From Desulfonatronum sp. (GTDB taxonomy: Bacteria > Desulfobacterota > Desulfovibrionia > Desulfovibrionales > Desulfonatronaceae): a DNA stretch of 64,000 bases. Shown here in pieces: positions 20,117 through 29,590 of the stretch. The stretch spans positions 2,789 to 66,788 of the forward strand of contig DSBL01000136.1 of NCBI GenBank assembly GCA_011049455.1, written 5' to 3'. A model generated the notes under the pieces. It had not been told where the DNA came from. It made no database searches and worked only from the letters and a program-made list of their open reading frames with translations. The first letter of the stretch is position 1; every line of letters starts with the position of its first letter. The position numbers and the translations under genes were made by a program.

Positions 20117-22459
20117 CTATGCGGGCCAGAATATGGGCAGCAGCCAGACGCAGACCAGCATGGAAATGATCGTCAACGGCACACCCAGTTTCATGTAGTC
20201 CACAAAGCGGTAACCGCCGGGGCTCATCACCAGCAGATGAGCCGGATGCGACAGGGGACTGGCAAAGCTGGACGAGGCGGCAATGGCCACGGTCATCATC
20301 AGCAAATGCGGCGAGATGGTCATGCTGTGGGCCGTAGTCAGAGCCACCGGCGCCATGAGCACGACCAGAGCCGCGGTGGGAATCACCTGTGTACCAAGAA
20401 CAGTGATCAAAAATAACGCCGCCACCACCCACCGCGGTCCAAAATCGCCGACCACGGCGATCAAGCCCTCGGCGCCCAACTGGGCCGCGCCAGTATGCTC
20501 CACGGCCACGCCCAAGGGAAGCATGCAGGCGATCAAAAAGATGACCTTCCACTCAATGGCCCGGTAGGCCTCGTCCATGCTCAGGCAGCGGCACAAAATC
20601 ATCAGTGAGGCCCCGGTCACAGCGGCAATGGCAATGGGCAGCAAGCCGAGAATCGCACTGAGAATCGTGGCCGCCATGACGATCGCGGCCACGGGCGCAC
20701 GCTCCAAACGCGGCGCCTGGGCCGCGGCCCGGTCCAGCACCAGAAAATCAGGATTACGGGCCACGGCCTCCAATTGGCTTCGCGGTCCGTACACCAGCAA
20801 CGCATCCCCGAATTTAAGCGGCGTTTCCTGCAGCCCAACGCGCAAGGCTCGTCCCTTGCGCCAGATGGCCAGCACGCTGACCCCGTAATGTTCCCGGAAC
20901 AGAAGTTCGGCCAGGGTGCGTCCGGCCAGGGTTGTTCTGGGCGAAAGCAAAACCTCGGTCACGCCCACTTGCTGGGATTCCAGGTCTGCCAGCAGGCTGG
21001 GGTCATGCTCGGCTATTTCCAACTGCTCCAGCCCCTTCATGATTTCCAGATCACGGGCCGAACCTTGCAGCAAAAGCAGATCCCCGGCCAGAATCCTTTC
21101 CTGTGGCGCGGGCATGCATATCATGCCCGCGTCCCGTTGAATGCCGACCACGGTCAAGCCGAATGCATTCCCCAGGCGGCTTTCCACCAGATCATGGTCC
21201 GTCAACACCGATCCCGCTGGAACACGCACGGCCAGAAGGCGGGTGTCGTCCTCGGCCAGAACGTGCTCCGCCGCGGCCTGCAGATTCCGAAGATCAGCGA
21301 CAAAACCCGCCTGGACCAACTTGTCCAGCGCTTGCTGTTCGCCTTGCAGAACCAGACGGTCGCCAGCGGAAAAAAAATGTCGCAAAGGATCCTTGATCGC
21401 CGTACCGTCTGCTTTGTACAAAGCGAGAATCTGCACCTGATGCTCCCTGCGCATATTGCATTGGCTCAAGGTCTGCCCCACCAAGGGAGACTTTTCGCTG
21501 ATCCGCGCCTCGGCCACGATCATTCGCTCACAGAGCATGGTGTCCAGACGCTGCAGCGGTTCAATCTGCAGGTGCCGGCTGCCGTGAAACCGTTGCAATT
21601 GATCCGGGCGCCCGTGAACCACCAGCACGTCCCCAGCCTGCAAGACATCGTGCGGTCTTGGGGACAACATGAGCACCCCCTTGCGCTGCAAGGCCACCAC
21701 GGTCAAGAACAAGGCTGACCCGAGGCGGCTTTCCATCAAGGTGCATCCGTCCAAGAAAGAGTTGTCAGGAATGCGGATGGTAAAAATATGTGCTTCCAGT
21801 TGATAAGATGTACCTGGAGAATTGGAGTCAGCAACGGAATTTGAAGCACGCCGCGGCAGCAGATGCCGGCCGATGAGCACGACAAAAATGGTGCCGGTGA
21901 AGACAATGGCCGCGGTAATCGGGGTGAAGTCGAACAGGGCAAAGGCCTCCAACCCGGCATTACGCAAGGCGTCCGTGGCCAGGATATTCGGCGGGGTGGA
22001 TATCCCGGTGAAGGGTCCGCCCAGCAGACAGCCCAAGGCCAGAGGCATGAGCAACCTGGACGGCGGCCGGCCGCTGCGACGAGCCAGTTCCATGGTCGCG
22101 GGCAGAAGAATCGCGGCCACGGTCGTGGTATTGATCAACGCGGAAAGAATACTCGCGGCAAGCATCAGCACTGCGATCAGCACGGCCTCGCTGCCTCTGG
22201 CGAAGCGCTGCAAAGGCTGCCCCAATTGGTGGGCGATGCCTGTCCGGGTCAGGCCCGCGGAAAGGATGAACATGGCCCAGACCGTGACCACGGCCGGGCT
22301 GCTGAATCCGGCCAACGCCTCCTGCGGGGAGACCAGACCGGTCAAGGCCAGTGCGGACAGCACAAGCAGACCGACCAGATCAACACGCAGCCAGCCTCCG
22401 ATGAACACCGCCAAGGCGGCCAGGGTAATGCCCAAAAGAATACCCAGTTGCACTGTCAC
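20117..22459 (-). CDS. SLC13/DASS-type permease with four TrkA-C domains
   Basis: GFSSPAVVTV, SALINTT, ISTPPNIL N-half; PLSHPAHLLVM.PGGY.F.DY.KLG C-half; four TrkA-C-like repeats centrally. Start likely GTG 22459 (ORF track extends to 22543). Confidence 0.88.
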   Translation of the reverse strand: MTVQLGILLGITLAALAVFIGGWLRVDLVGLLVLSALALTGLVSPQEALAGFSSPAVVTVWAMFILSAGLTRTGIAHQLGQPLQRFARGSEAVLIAVLMLAASILSALINTTTVAAILLPATMELARRSGRPPSRLLMPLALGCLLGGPFTGISTPPNILATDALRNAGLEAFALFDFTPITAAIVFTGTIFVVLIGRHLLPRRASNSVADSNSPGTSYQLEAHIFTIRIPDNSFLDGCTLMESRLGSALFLTVVALQRKGVLMLSPRPHDVLQAGDVLVVHGRPDQLQRFHGSRHLQIEPLQRLDTMLCERMIVAEARISEKSPLVGQTLSQCNMRREHQVQILALYKADGTAIKDPLRHFFSAGDRLVLQGEQQALDKLVQAGFVADLRNLQAAAEHVLAEDDTRLLAVRVPAGSVLTDHDLVESRLGNAFGLTVVGIQRDAGMICMPAPQERILAGDLLLLQGSARDLEIMKGLEQLEIAEHDPSLLADLESQQVGVTEVLLSPRTTLAGRTLAELLFREHYGVSVLAIWRKGRALRVGLQETPLKFGDALLVYGPRSQLEAVARNPDFLVLDRAAAQAPRLERAPVAAIVMAATILSAILGLLPIAIAAVTGASLMILCRCLSMDEAYRAIEWKVIFLIACMLPLGVAVEHTGAAQLGAEGLIAVVGDFGPRWVVAALFLITVLGTQVIPTAALVVLMAPVALTTAHSMTISPHLLMMTVAIAASSSFASPLSHPAHLLVMSPGGYRFVDYMKLGVPLTIISMLVCVWLLPIFWPA

Positions 22460-22556
22460 GACACAATCCTGTTGAACCTGTTTTCCAGGAGTCGACAAAA
22501 ACCTGCCGGCTCTCAAAAAATGCCAGCTCTCATCAGGCAACACCCAGCGGGACCAG

Positions 22557-22670
22557 TCACGAAACCAGCCCGGACAGCTTTTCTTGCTCCTTGTACTTGA
22601 ATTTTTGAACGGTCTCAGGGAAAAACGTTCTCAACAGCATCATAAGCTTTTTACGACGTGTTTTTCCCAT
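22557..22670 (-). CDS. Candidate 37-aa basic small protein
   Basis: MGKTRRKKLMMLLRTFFPETVQKFKYKEQEKLSGLVS; GAGGAG/GGAG motifs upstream; lies in operon position. Below the ORF-track cutoff. Confidence 0.3.
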   Translation of the reverse strand: MGKTRRKKLMMLLRTFFPETVQKFKYKEQEKLSGLVS

Positions 22671-22685
22671 TGCTCCAACAACTCC

Positions 22686-23360
22686 TCAATCCAGTCTGGA
22701 ATCGAGGTTAAGAGGGAAGCGCAACGTGAGAATACCGGTTGCATTGCTGCTGGCAATCACGACCTGCAGCCTGTCGGACAAAAGCAACAGCAATGGAAGA
22801 TCCAGATTAACGTTCTCCTGGTTGAGACCTTCCGCGGCCGTGAACACAACCAGGACGTTCTCTGCTTCCGGGGAAAAGCCGAGATGGATCTGCTTGCCGA
22901 CGGCCCCGCCGTTGAGCAATATTTCCAGGCAGACGTAGAGAATATGCAAAAATTCAAAAGGATGCGTTCGCATCAAAATATGTTCCGGACATTTGTGAAC
23001 CTCGAGACTCATCTCCTTGAGCCGCACCAACCGACCAGCTATATGCGCCAGCAGGGACAGAAAGTCCCCGACATCCACGTTATCCAGGGCCCTGTCCGCG
23101 GTGTGGACGAAGGTGTTGAACCGGCGCACAATAGTATCCGTGAGCACGACCTGCCGGGAGATGTCCCCAACCCCTGTCCGCAGCCTTGAAGCCGGCAGAA
23201 CGCCGCCTCTCTCGGTCATGGCCAGGAGGTCGCCCAAAAGCCCGTTCTGCTCGTTGATGATTGCCAAATGGTTTTTGATCTCGTGGGAAATGCTCGCTGA
23301 AATCTTGGCGAAAAAAGCCAGCTCACCAGCGTGCAGCGTTTTCCATTGCCCGGGGTTCAT
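22686..23360 (-). CDS. HisKA-containing pseudokinase / putative histidine phosphotransferase
   Basis: H-box ISHEIKNHLAII intact; N, G1 and G2 boxes of the HATPase domain not recognisable. ATG 23360 behind GAGGG. Confidence 0.7.
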   Translation of the reverse strand: MNPGQWKTLHAGELAFFAKISASISHEIKNHLAIINEQNGLLGDLLAMTERGGVLPASRLRTGVGDISRQVVLTDTIVRRFNTFVHTADRALDNVDVGDFLSLLAHIAGRLVRLKEMSLEVHKCPEHILMRTHPFEFLHILYVCLEILLNGGAVGKQIHLGFSPEAENVLVVFTAAEGLNQENVNLDLPLLLLLSDRLQVVIASSNATGILTLRFPLNLDSRLD

Positions 23361-23429
23361 CGGTCCCTCGCTGTTTTTCAAAAAACGTATCCAATCATGG
23401 ATGGCTTGTGTTCATGCATGCGTCATGGC

Positions 23430-23795
23430 TCACGTCCGGCCCGGCAACATGGCCTGAATACTGTGGATCAAGGTTTCGATCTTCAGGGGTTTAAGCAGAT
23501 ACATGGCCCCTGAATTGACCCCGGCCTGAAAATCCCGTTCCGAAGTATGACCGGTCAGAAAGATGCACTTCATGTCCGGGAACCTGTTCTTCAGTTGCTC
23601 CCAAAGCTCCAGCCCACTCAAATGGGGCATCTTCACATCCAGCACGACCAGATCGTACTGCTTCTGTTCCGCGGCCTTCAAAGCCTGTTCTCCACTGGTC
23701 ACGAAGTCCGCGGCAATCCCCCGGATGTCCAGCCGTTCGGCAAGAGCGGAAACCAGCTCTTCCTCGTCGTCAACCAATAAGATCCGCACCTGCAT
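23430..23795 (-). CDS. Single-domain response regulator
   Basis: LLVDDEE, VLDVKMP, FLTGH, LLKP. Confidence 0.93.
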   Translation of the reverse strand: MQVRILLVDDEEELVSALAERLDIRGIAADFVTSGEQALKAAEQKQYDLVVLDVKMPHLSGLELWEQLKNRFPDMKCIFLTGHTSERDFQAGVNSGAMYLLKPLKIETLIHSIQAMLPGRT

Positions 23796-25533
23796 CTTCC
23801 TCCCTTGTTTCCTGGTTCACCGGCAAACTCACGGTGAATGTCGTACCCTGCCCCAGTTCGCTGACCACATGTATCTCGCCGCCCAGTTTCTTCACTAGGC
23901 CGTAGGTGATGGACAATCCCAGACCCGTGCCCTGCTTGGACTTGGTGGAAAAGAACGGCTCAAAAATACGTTTCATATTATCCGGGGAAATCCCGCAACC
24001 GTTGTCCGCAATATGAATTTTCACCCCCGGCTCGGCCGCCTCCAGCCATATCTCGATCCGACCTCCATCCTGTACCGCGGCAAAAGCATTGTTGATGATG
24101 TTCAAAAATACCTGCTGCAGCTGGCCGCGATCCGTGACGATCTCCGGAATCTGCCCTGTAATGTCCAAAGACACCTGAATATTGCGATACTGGGCCTCCT
24201 TGTCCAGAAAACCGAGCACATCACGGAGGGTCTGGGTTACGTCGACCTGTTCCAGCTGCACATCCACGTGTCGGGCAAAACCGAGCAGGCGATGGGTAAT
24301 GGTGCTGCACCTATCCACTGAAGAAAGGATGGAATCCACCAGGGACAACAATTTCGCATCCCGGACGTATTTTTCCGAAAAAGAAAACAGATCCTTTATC
24401 AACCCTGCCTTTTCATTGATCACGGCCAAGGGATTGTTGATCTCGTGGGCCACGCCCGCGGCGAGCCTGCCGATGGAGGCCATCTTGTTGGTGTGTTCCA
24501 TTTTGTGCAGGGCGATGGAACGTCTGATGTCCGCATCATAAATCCTACGCACCAGAAATGTAGACGAGTACAAGATCACCCCAAAAATGCAGGTCACACT
24601 GACAACCAGAAAACCAGTCAATTCCAGGCGAAACTTCCACCAGTTCTTCATCATCTCCTGCTGCTGCTTGACCACCATGAACACAAAAGGACTGTTGCTG
24701 ATGTGCACATACCCGAGAAAAGCATTTTTTTGCTGTGCATCCTTGACGTCGAGAACAACTGGATTTTCCGAATAAGAAGGTACGGGATACGGTAGTTGAT
24801 GCAGAACATTTCCATGGAACTGACTTGGCGTCTGCAGCACTCCTTTCCGGTTGACGACAAACGCATCAGTGGTGGGCCGCACGTTCAGGGAGTGAATCAA
24901 TCTGTTGAATTGCTCCGTATCGATGGTCGCGCGAAGGATAAATAATTTGCCCTCCGCACATACCTCTTTCACGGCAATCACGAAATGGGGCACATCCCTG
25001 AACCCCAGAAAAACATCGCTGATGAAGATCCTGTGATCAAGCACTTCTTCAAACCAATCCTGCTCGGAGTAATTCAGGCCTGTGAAATCGAACGGTCCCA
25101 CATAGGCCCGCTGCACCCCGTGCTCATCGATCAGACCGATATCCACAAACCCGCCGAAGGCTTCGTTCATGCTGTGAAACAAACTTCGAAGATGATTCTC
25201 GTCGGCCAACGTATCAAAGGAGCCGCTGTTGGCGATAAATTCCAGCACGGCCACCCGTTGCTGCAGAAACTTGGAGATGCTCAGGCTGGTATTGGAGAGC
25301 AGGCTGGTCATGGGATGGATGAATTCCGCCTGCATGGCCCTGCGGTTGAGATTGTAATCCATGGCCGTGATGATCACCAAGGGAATGACGGAAACGCTGG
25401 TCACCACCAGGACAACAAGCTTCCAGATCCGACGGTAGTTGAACAGCCCCTCCTCTTCGCCCGTGGCTTGAGTCGCATCCCAGAACACGGGCTTGAAAAG
25501 CTTCTGCAAAGACACGAAAAGGCTATCGCCCAT
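23770..25533 (-). CDS. Sensor histidine kinase with Cache-like domain
   Basis: Two TMs; AHEINNPL, QVFLNIINNA, DNGCGI, FFSTK, GTGLGL. Confidence 0.93.
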   Translation of the reverse strand: MGDSLFVSLQKLFKPVFWDATQATGEEEGLFNYRRIWKLVVLVVTSVSVIPLVIITAMDYNLNRRAMQAEFIHPMTSLLSNTSLSISKFLQQRVAVLEFIANSGSFDTLADENHLRSLFHSMNEAFGGFVDIGLIDEHGVQRAYVGPFDFTGLNYSEQDWFEEVLDHRIFISDVFLGFRDVPHFVIAVKEVCAEGKLFILRATIDTEQFNRLIHSLNVRPTTDAFVVNRKGVLQTPSQFHGNVLHQLPYPVPSYSENPVVLDVKDAQQKNAFLGYVHISNSPFVFMVVKQQQEMMKNWWKFRLELTGFLVVSVTCIFGVILYSSTFLVRRIYDADIRRSIALHKMEHTNKMASIGRLAAGVAHEINNPLAVINEKAGLIKDLFSFSEKYVRDAKLLSLVDSILSSVDRCSTITHRLLGFARHVDVQLEQVDVTQTLRDVLGFLDKEAQYRNIQVSLDITGQIPEIVTDRGQLQQVFLNIINNAFAAVQDGGRIEIWLEAAEPGVKIHIADNGCGISPDNMKRIFEPFFSTKSKQGTGLGLSITYGLVKKLGGEIHVVSELGQGTTFTVSLPVNQETREEDAGADLIG

Positions 25534-25539
25534 CGCTAT

Positions 25540-26742
25540 TCACTCCGAAGCATCCTTCCTGGCTTGCTGCAAAAGCTGTGTCAGCACATCGATATCCACG
25601 GGTTTTTGCAAATAGGCAAAGGCGCCCCGCTCGAGGCATCGGCGCTCGTCATCCTTGGATCCGTGTCCAGTAAGGATGATCACCCGCACATGCGGATGCC
25701 TGGCCTTGACCCTGCGAAGCACTTCCAGGCCGTCGATGCCCGGCATTTTCAGGTCGAGAACCATCACGTCCGGTTCGTCCTCTTCCACAAAAGCCAGGGC
25801 CTGTTCACCGTCATAGACCACCGCTGAACCGATTTCACGCATCAACAATCGCTCGGACAAGGTATGCACGAACTCGCGCTCATCATCCACCAAAAGCAAT
25901 TTTCTCGAAGCCTCGGGCTCATGCTTACGATACATGCTCTTTTGATAAAAATCCGGACCATGCTGGACATGAACTTCGCGCACTCCGGGAACAGCTGCCA
26001 CGATATCACGCAGTTCAGCCTCCATTTTGGCAAGCATGATCACGCTGCGGACAATGGTCAGGACAACAAGACCCGCGTCAGCTTCAACCAGGACCGCATG
26101 GCCTTCCTCGGCAAGCGCCTGCTCCACCTGTGCCGCCAGGCGAAAATCCTCTACTGCCTTGCGGGAATCCGGCGTGGGCCGCAGAATATCCTTTGTGACC
26201 TGGGAAAGAATGCTCTTCACCGCGTCTTCAACCTTTTTTCTGTCCATGGGGATCACCAAATCGTAAAGATCATGATCCCACGGCTCCCGTTGCAAAACCT
26301 CTTCAGTCCAGGCCGTTGCAACCGCGTCTTCGCTCAATACTTGCTCCTTGGCCGTGTCTGCGGGGATATTCAATTCTGTCGCTGCATTGCGCACACGGAA
26401 AGAAAACTCTGCGATCAAAAGCACATGCAGAGCATGGCTGATGGAACGGGGGATGAGATGAACAAAACTGCCGGAAAAGATCATGTCCTCACGCAATGAA
26501 TCGGCCAACACGGTCTTGACCGCGGCCAGATTTCGCTTTCTTTCCAAGGCCAGGAATCCTCTCGGGCCGTCCATGGGCATCAATGTCCGAATAAGCGCTG
26601 AAGTCCGGCAACCGAGACGCTGGGCGGTCATATCCAGCAGTACATGGTCATCCGTAACAGGTAATCCAGTCTTGAGCGATAAAGCGCGAACAACCTCCTT
26701 ATGCCGACAAAACGATCCATGAAAAATGCTGATGATGGACAT
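25540..26742 (-). CDS. Response regulator with N-terminal cytidylate-kinase-like and BON-like domains
   Basis: N-term MSIISIFHGSFCRHKEV (CMK-like, degenerate P-loop), WT..V...EPWD..LYDLVIP, BON-like ...VAAVPGVREV, C-term REC (LLVDDE, VLDLKMP, ILTGHG, QKP). Start ATG 26742. Confidence 0.8.
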   Translation of the reverse strand: MSIISIFHGSFCRHKEVVRALSLKTGLPVTDDHVLLDMTAQRLGCRTSALIRTLMPMDGPRGFLALERKRNLAAVKTVLADSLREDMIFSGSFVHLIPRSISHALHVLLIAEFSFRVRNAATELNIPADTAKEQVLSEDAVATAWTEEVLQREPWDHDLYDLVIPMDRKKVEDAVKSILSQVTKDILRPTPDSRKAVEDFRLAAQVEQALAEEGHAVLVEADAGLVVLTIVRSVIMLAKMEAELRDIVAAVPGVREVHVQHGPDFYQKSMYRKHEPEASRKLLLVDDEREFVHTLSERLLMREIGSAVVYDGEQALAFVEEDEPDVMVLDLKMPGIDGLEVLRRVKARHPHVRVIILTGHGSKDDERRCLERGAFAYLQKPVDIDVLTQLLQQARKDASE

Positions 26743-26771
26743 GGCGTTGAGTTCCCCTGAATGGATGAAGC

Positions 26772-29390
26772 TTACACCGAACTTAAAGGCGTTTCCATCA
26801 TGCCGATAATGTCGCGGCAAAGTTTGTCCCGATAATAGCAAACCTTGTCCGGATTACGCATGATCATGTCCAATTGTCTGGTATGTATGGTTAAATATCC
26901 CAAAATTTTCAGACGCTGCAGCAAAGAGTCCTGGTCAAGGCCGCCAACCCTGGCGAACAAGGCGTCCTCATGCGTTTCCACGCTGAAACCGTGCTCCTCC
27001 AGCAACCCGCCGATGAATTTGGTGCGCATGGTTCTGCGACGGATATCCGCGGCCCCCCCCTTGAAGGAAAAACGGGCGTAGTTTTCATACGCCAAGTCGC
27101 CCACCAAGGTTTCCACCGTCGAGAAATGAAATCCCATGCGCGAGGTCAGATTGCAGAAGTATTTGGAAATCATGAAATAATTGCGCTGGGCGTAAGCCGA
27201 AGGGCCAGCCGTGGACAGGTTGGGATTGGAAGCCGCCTCCAGCATCACGGACATGAAGCCTTTTCCGTCCATGGGCGGCGGACCTTCCCAGTGCAGGGCA
27301 GTGATCCCGGCCCAAAGGGCCTGCATGGGCAGGGACTGGATGTTGGTGATGTGCACGAACGGGCCGTCCACGGGCTCTCGAAATCCGTCCTCCAAGTCCA
27401 AGACCCACCATTGCATGGGCACGTCCACCACCAGACGCTTGCTGGCCCGGCGCGCCAAGGCGGTTTTCTGGCCAAAGGAAAACATCTCCCGCACGCTCAT
27501 CTCATGGCAGAAGCGGGTTATGTCGTGCAGGGTACGGCAGTTCCTGACTTTGAAATCAGGAGAATCCGGATCAGTCAAATACAGGGGCGTGACGTATTCC
27601 ATGACCTCCTGAAGTGTTTCATGCACCGGAGTTCCATCCATCAGACCCCGCCTAGGGACTTGGTCCGCCAGAACATGTTCCGCCCGGCCGGAATAGACCG
27701 TGCGCATGTCCGCATCAACAGTGATCACTTTCCCGGCAGAAAGTTTTTTCATGGCATCAGGAACATTGAACAAAGCCGGCACACCGAATTCCCTGGCCAC
27801 ATTGGCCAGATGTCCGGTAATGCCGCCAACTTCGGTAATCACTGCCGCGGTCCGGGGCAACAGCGTAGCCCATCGCGGCAAGGCCTGCATGGCTACAAGC
27901 ACGGCCCCCTGAGGAAAACGCAACATATCTTCATTGTTACGCACCAAAAATACTTCTCCGGCAGCAACTCCTGGGCTGGCCGTGTCCCCGTCGCGCAACA
28001 AGAACGCATCCTCGCCTTTTATGTCCGCCGTTACAAAGCATTGCTTGCGCAAAGAAGGCGCCATCTGCTGAAGCGGCCTGCATTGCACGATCAGCAAGCG
28101 ACCATTCTGGTCCAGCACCCATTCCACATCCACGGGCGTCTGAAAACCCTTTTCCAGCATCAAAGCGGTCTTGGCCACCTCGGAAACCATGTCGTCATCC
28201 AGACTAGGCAACCCGCCTTCACCAGAATGCAACGCCTTTCGCACCACCCCTTCTTCTGCCAGGCAGACGAATTTCTCATTTTTTTGGCGTATTTCCCGCC
28301 GCAAAATAGTGCTGGGATCTTTTCGGGAAACCACCCACAAATCCGGGGAAATGCTTCCGTCCACCACGGCCTTGGGCAAACCGGGCATTGCATTGATAAA
28401 CAAGGCATCAACGCGGATGTCCGTTGGATCGCGGGAATAGACAACACCTCCGGCTACGGCGTCGATCATGGCCATGCAACCCACGCACATCGGCACATCC
28501 TCGTCACGCATGCCCCGGTTCAGGCGATAGGAAATGGCCGTAACCGAGTACTTGCTGGCCAGAATCTCCTTATAGACGGTCAGCAAGTTTTCCGGGCTGA
28601 CGTTCAATTCGGAGCGATATTGTCCGGCAAAGGATGATCCGGCCGCATCCTCACCCACGGCACTGGAGCGGACGGATACACGCACGCCCTTTCCGATTCG
28701 TGCTTCCAGTGCACCATACCCATTGCGAATTGCCTGTTCCAAATCCTCTGGAACTTGGGCATTGATGATTAAGAGTTGAATTTCCGAACTGACGCGGTAC
28801 AGGGTGGAGGCATCCTCCACCTCTGTGGCCTGCAAACGGCGATCAATCTCGACCTGCAGTTTGTTGGCAACCATGAAACGATCATACCCGGCCGTGGTCA
28901 CGACAAACCCCGAGGGAATGCGCAGTTCGGGAAATAAATGCAAGATTTCCCCGAGGTTGGCCATTTTTCCGCCTACGGCGTCAGCCATTTCCTTGTCTAC
29001 GCTTTCCAGGGGCAGCACCATGTCCTTGACGACCACAGCCTGTCGATGCTCCAAAATCCTACGGATATGGGTGCGAATGGATGTAAAGACGGTTTCCAGG
29101 TCCGCGTATCCACCATCCGCAAGTTCCCGGAGATGCTTGACCATGGAGTAAACGTCCACGGTAACCGCGGTGCAACGCGAACGAACAAAGACCATGCCGA
29201 AACTGTGCATGCCGGTCAGGGCCGTTTCCATTTCGCTCATCACGCGCAAGGCCTGATTGTTGGATTCCAGCAACAGCTTGAAGGAATTATATTTGGTTTT
29301 GAAAAGCTCGCGAACCAGTTCTGAGGTTTCCTCTTCCCCAGGAGACTTCCTGGAAAAAAAACATTTGAGGCGAAGCAGCAATGAGCGCAT
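26772..29390 (-). CDS. PEP-synthase-like protein (ATP-grasp + phospho-His swivel domain, no PEP/pyruvate barrel)
   Basis: VGGKMANLGE, VRSSAVGED...SFAGQY, DVEW...IVQCRPL; His domain GGITGHLANVAREFGVP; about 290-aa C-terminus unlike the PEP-binding barrel. Confidence 0.85.
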   Translation of the reverse strand: MRSLLLRLKCFFSRKSPGEEETSELVRELFKTKYNSFKLLLESNNQALRVMSEMETALTGMHSFGMVFVRSRCTAVTVDVYSMVKHLRELADGGYADLETVFTSIRTHIRRILEHRQAVVVKDMVLPLESVDKEMADAVGGKMANLGEILHLFPELRIPSGFVVTTAGYDRFMVANKLQVEIDRRLQATEVEDASTLYRVSSEIQLLIINAQVPEDLEQAIRNGYGALEARIGKGVRVSVRSSAVGEDAAGSSFAGQYRSELNVSPENLLTVYKEILASKYSVTAISYRLNRGMRDEDVPMCVGCMAMIDAVAGGVVYSRDPTDIRVDALFINAMPGLPKAVVDGSISPDLWVVSRKDPSTILRREIRQKNEKFVCLAEEGVVRKALHSGEGGLPSLDDDMVSEVAKTALMLEKGFQTPVDVEWVLDQNGRLLIVQCRPLQQMAPSLRKQCFVTADIKGEDAFLLRDGDTASPGVAAGEVFLVRNNEDMLRFPQGAVLVAMQALPRWATLLPRTAAVITEVGGITGHLANVAREFGVPALFNVPDAMKKLSAGKVITVDADMRTVYSGRAEHVLADQVPRRGLMDGTPVHETLQEVMEYVTPLYLTDPDSPDFKVRNCRTLHDITRFCHEMSVREMFSFGQKTALARRASKRLVVDVPMQWWVLDLEDGFREPVDGPFVHITNIQSLPMQALWAGITALHWEGPPPMDGKGFMSVMLEAASNPNLSTAGPSAYAQRNYFMISKYFCNLTSRMGFHFSTVETLVGDLAYENYARFSFKGGAADIRRRTMRTKFIGGLLEEHGFSVETHEDALFARVGGLDQDSLLQRLKILGYLTIHTRQLDMIMRNPDKVCYYRDKLCRDIIGMMETPLSSV

Positions 29391-29480
29391 GGGGTGCGGC
29401 AGAATTCACGGTTCAATGGTTCGCGATTTTACAGTGGGCGCAACGTATGACGCCCAGCACAGATCGGCAATATATTCCAG

Positions 29481-29513
29481 AAAAGAAACAAAGGGCGGGA
29501 TTGCATCCCGCCC
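29481..29513 (-). terminator. Intrinsic terminator after the TauE operon
   Basis: GGGCGGGAT-GCA-ATCCCGCCC followed by TTTGTTTCTTTT on the minus strand. Confidence 0.75.
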
Positions 29514-29590
29514 AGGTGCGGCTTTGAAAAGATTCACGATCCAGGGATGTCGGCCGTGAAGCGTGAACCTCTAAACCCGAATCAGAGGTA

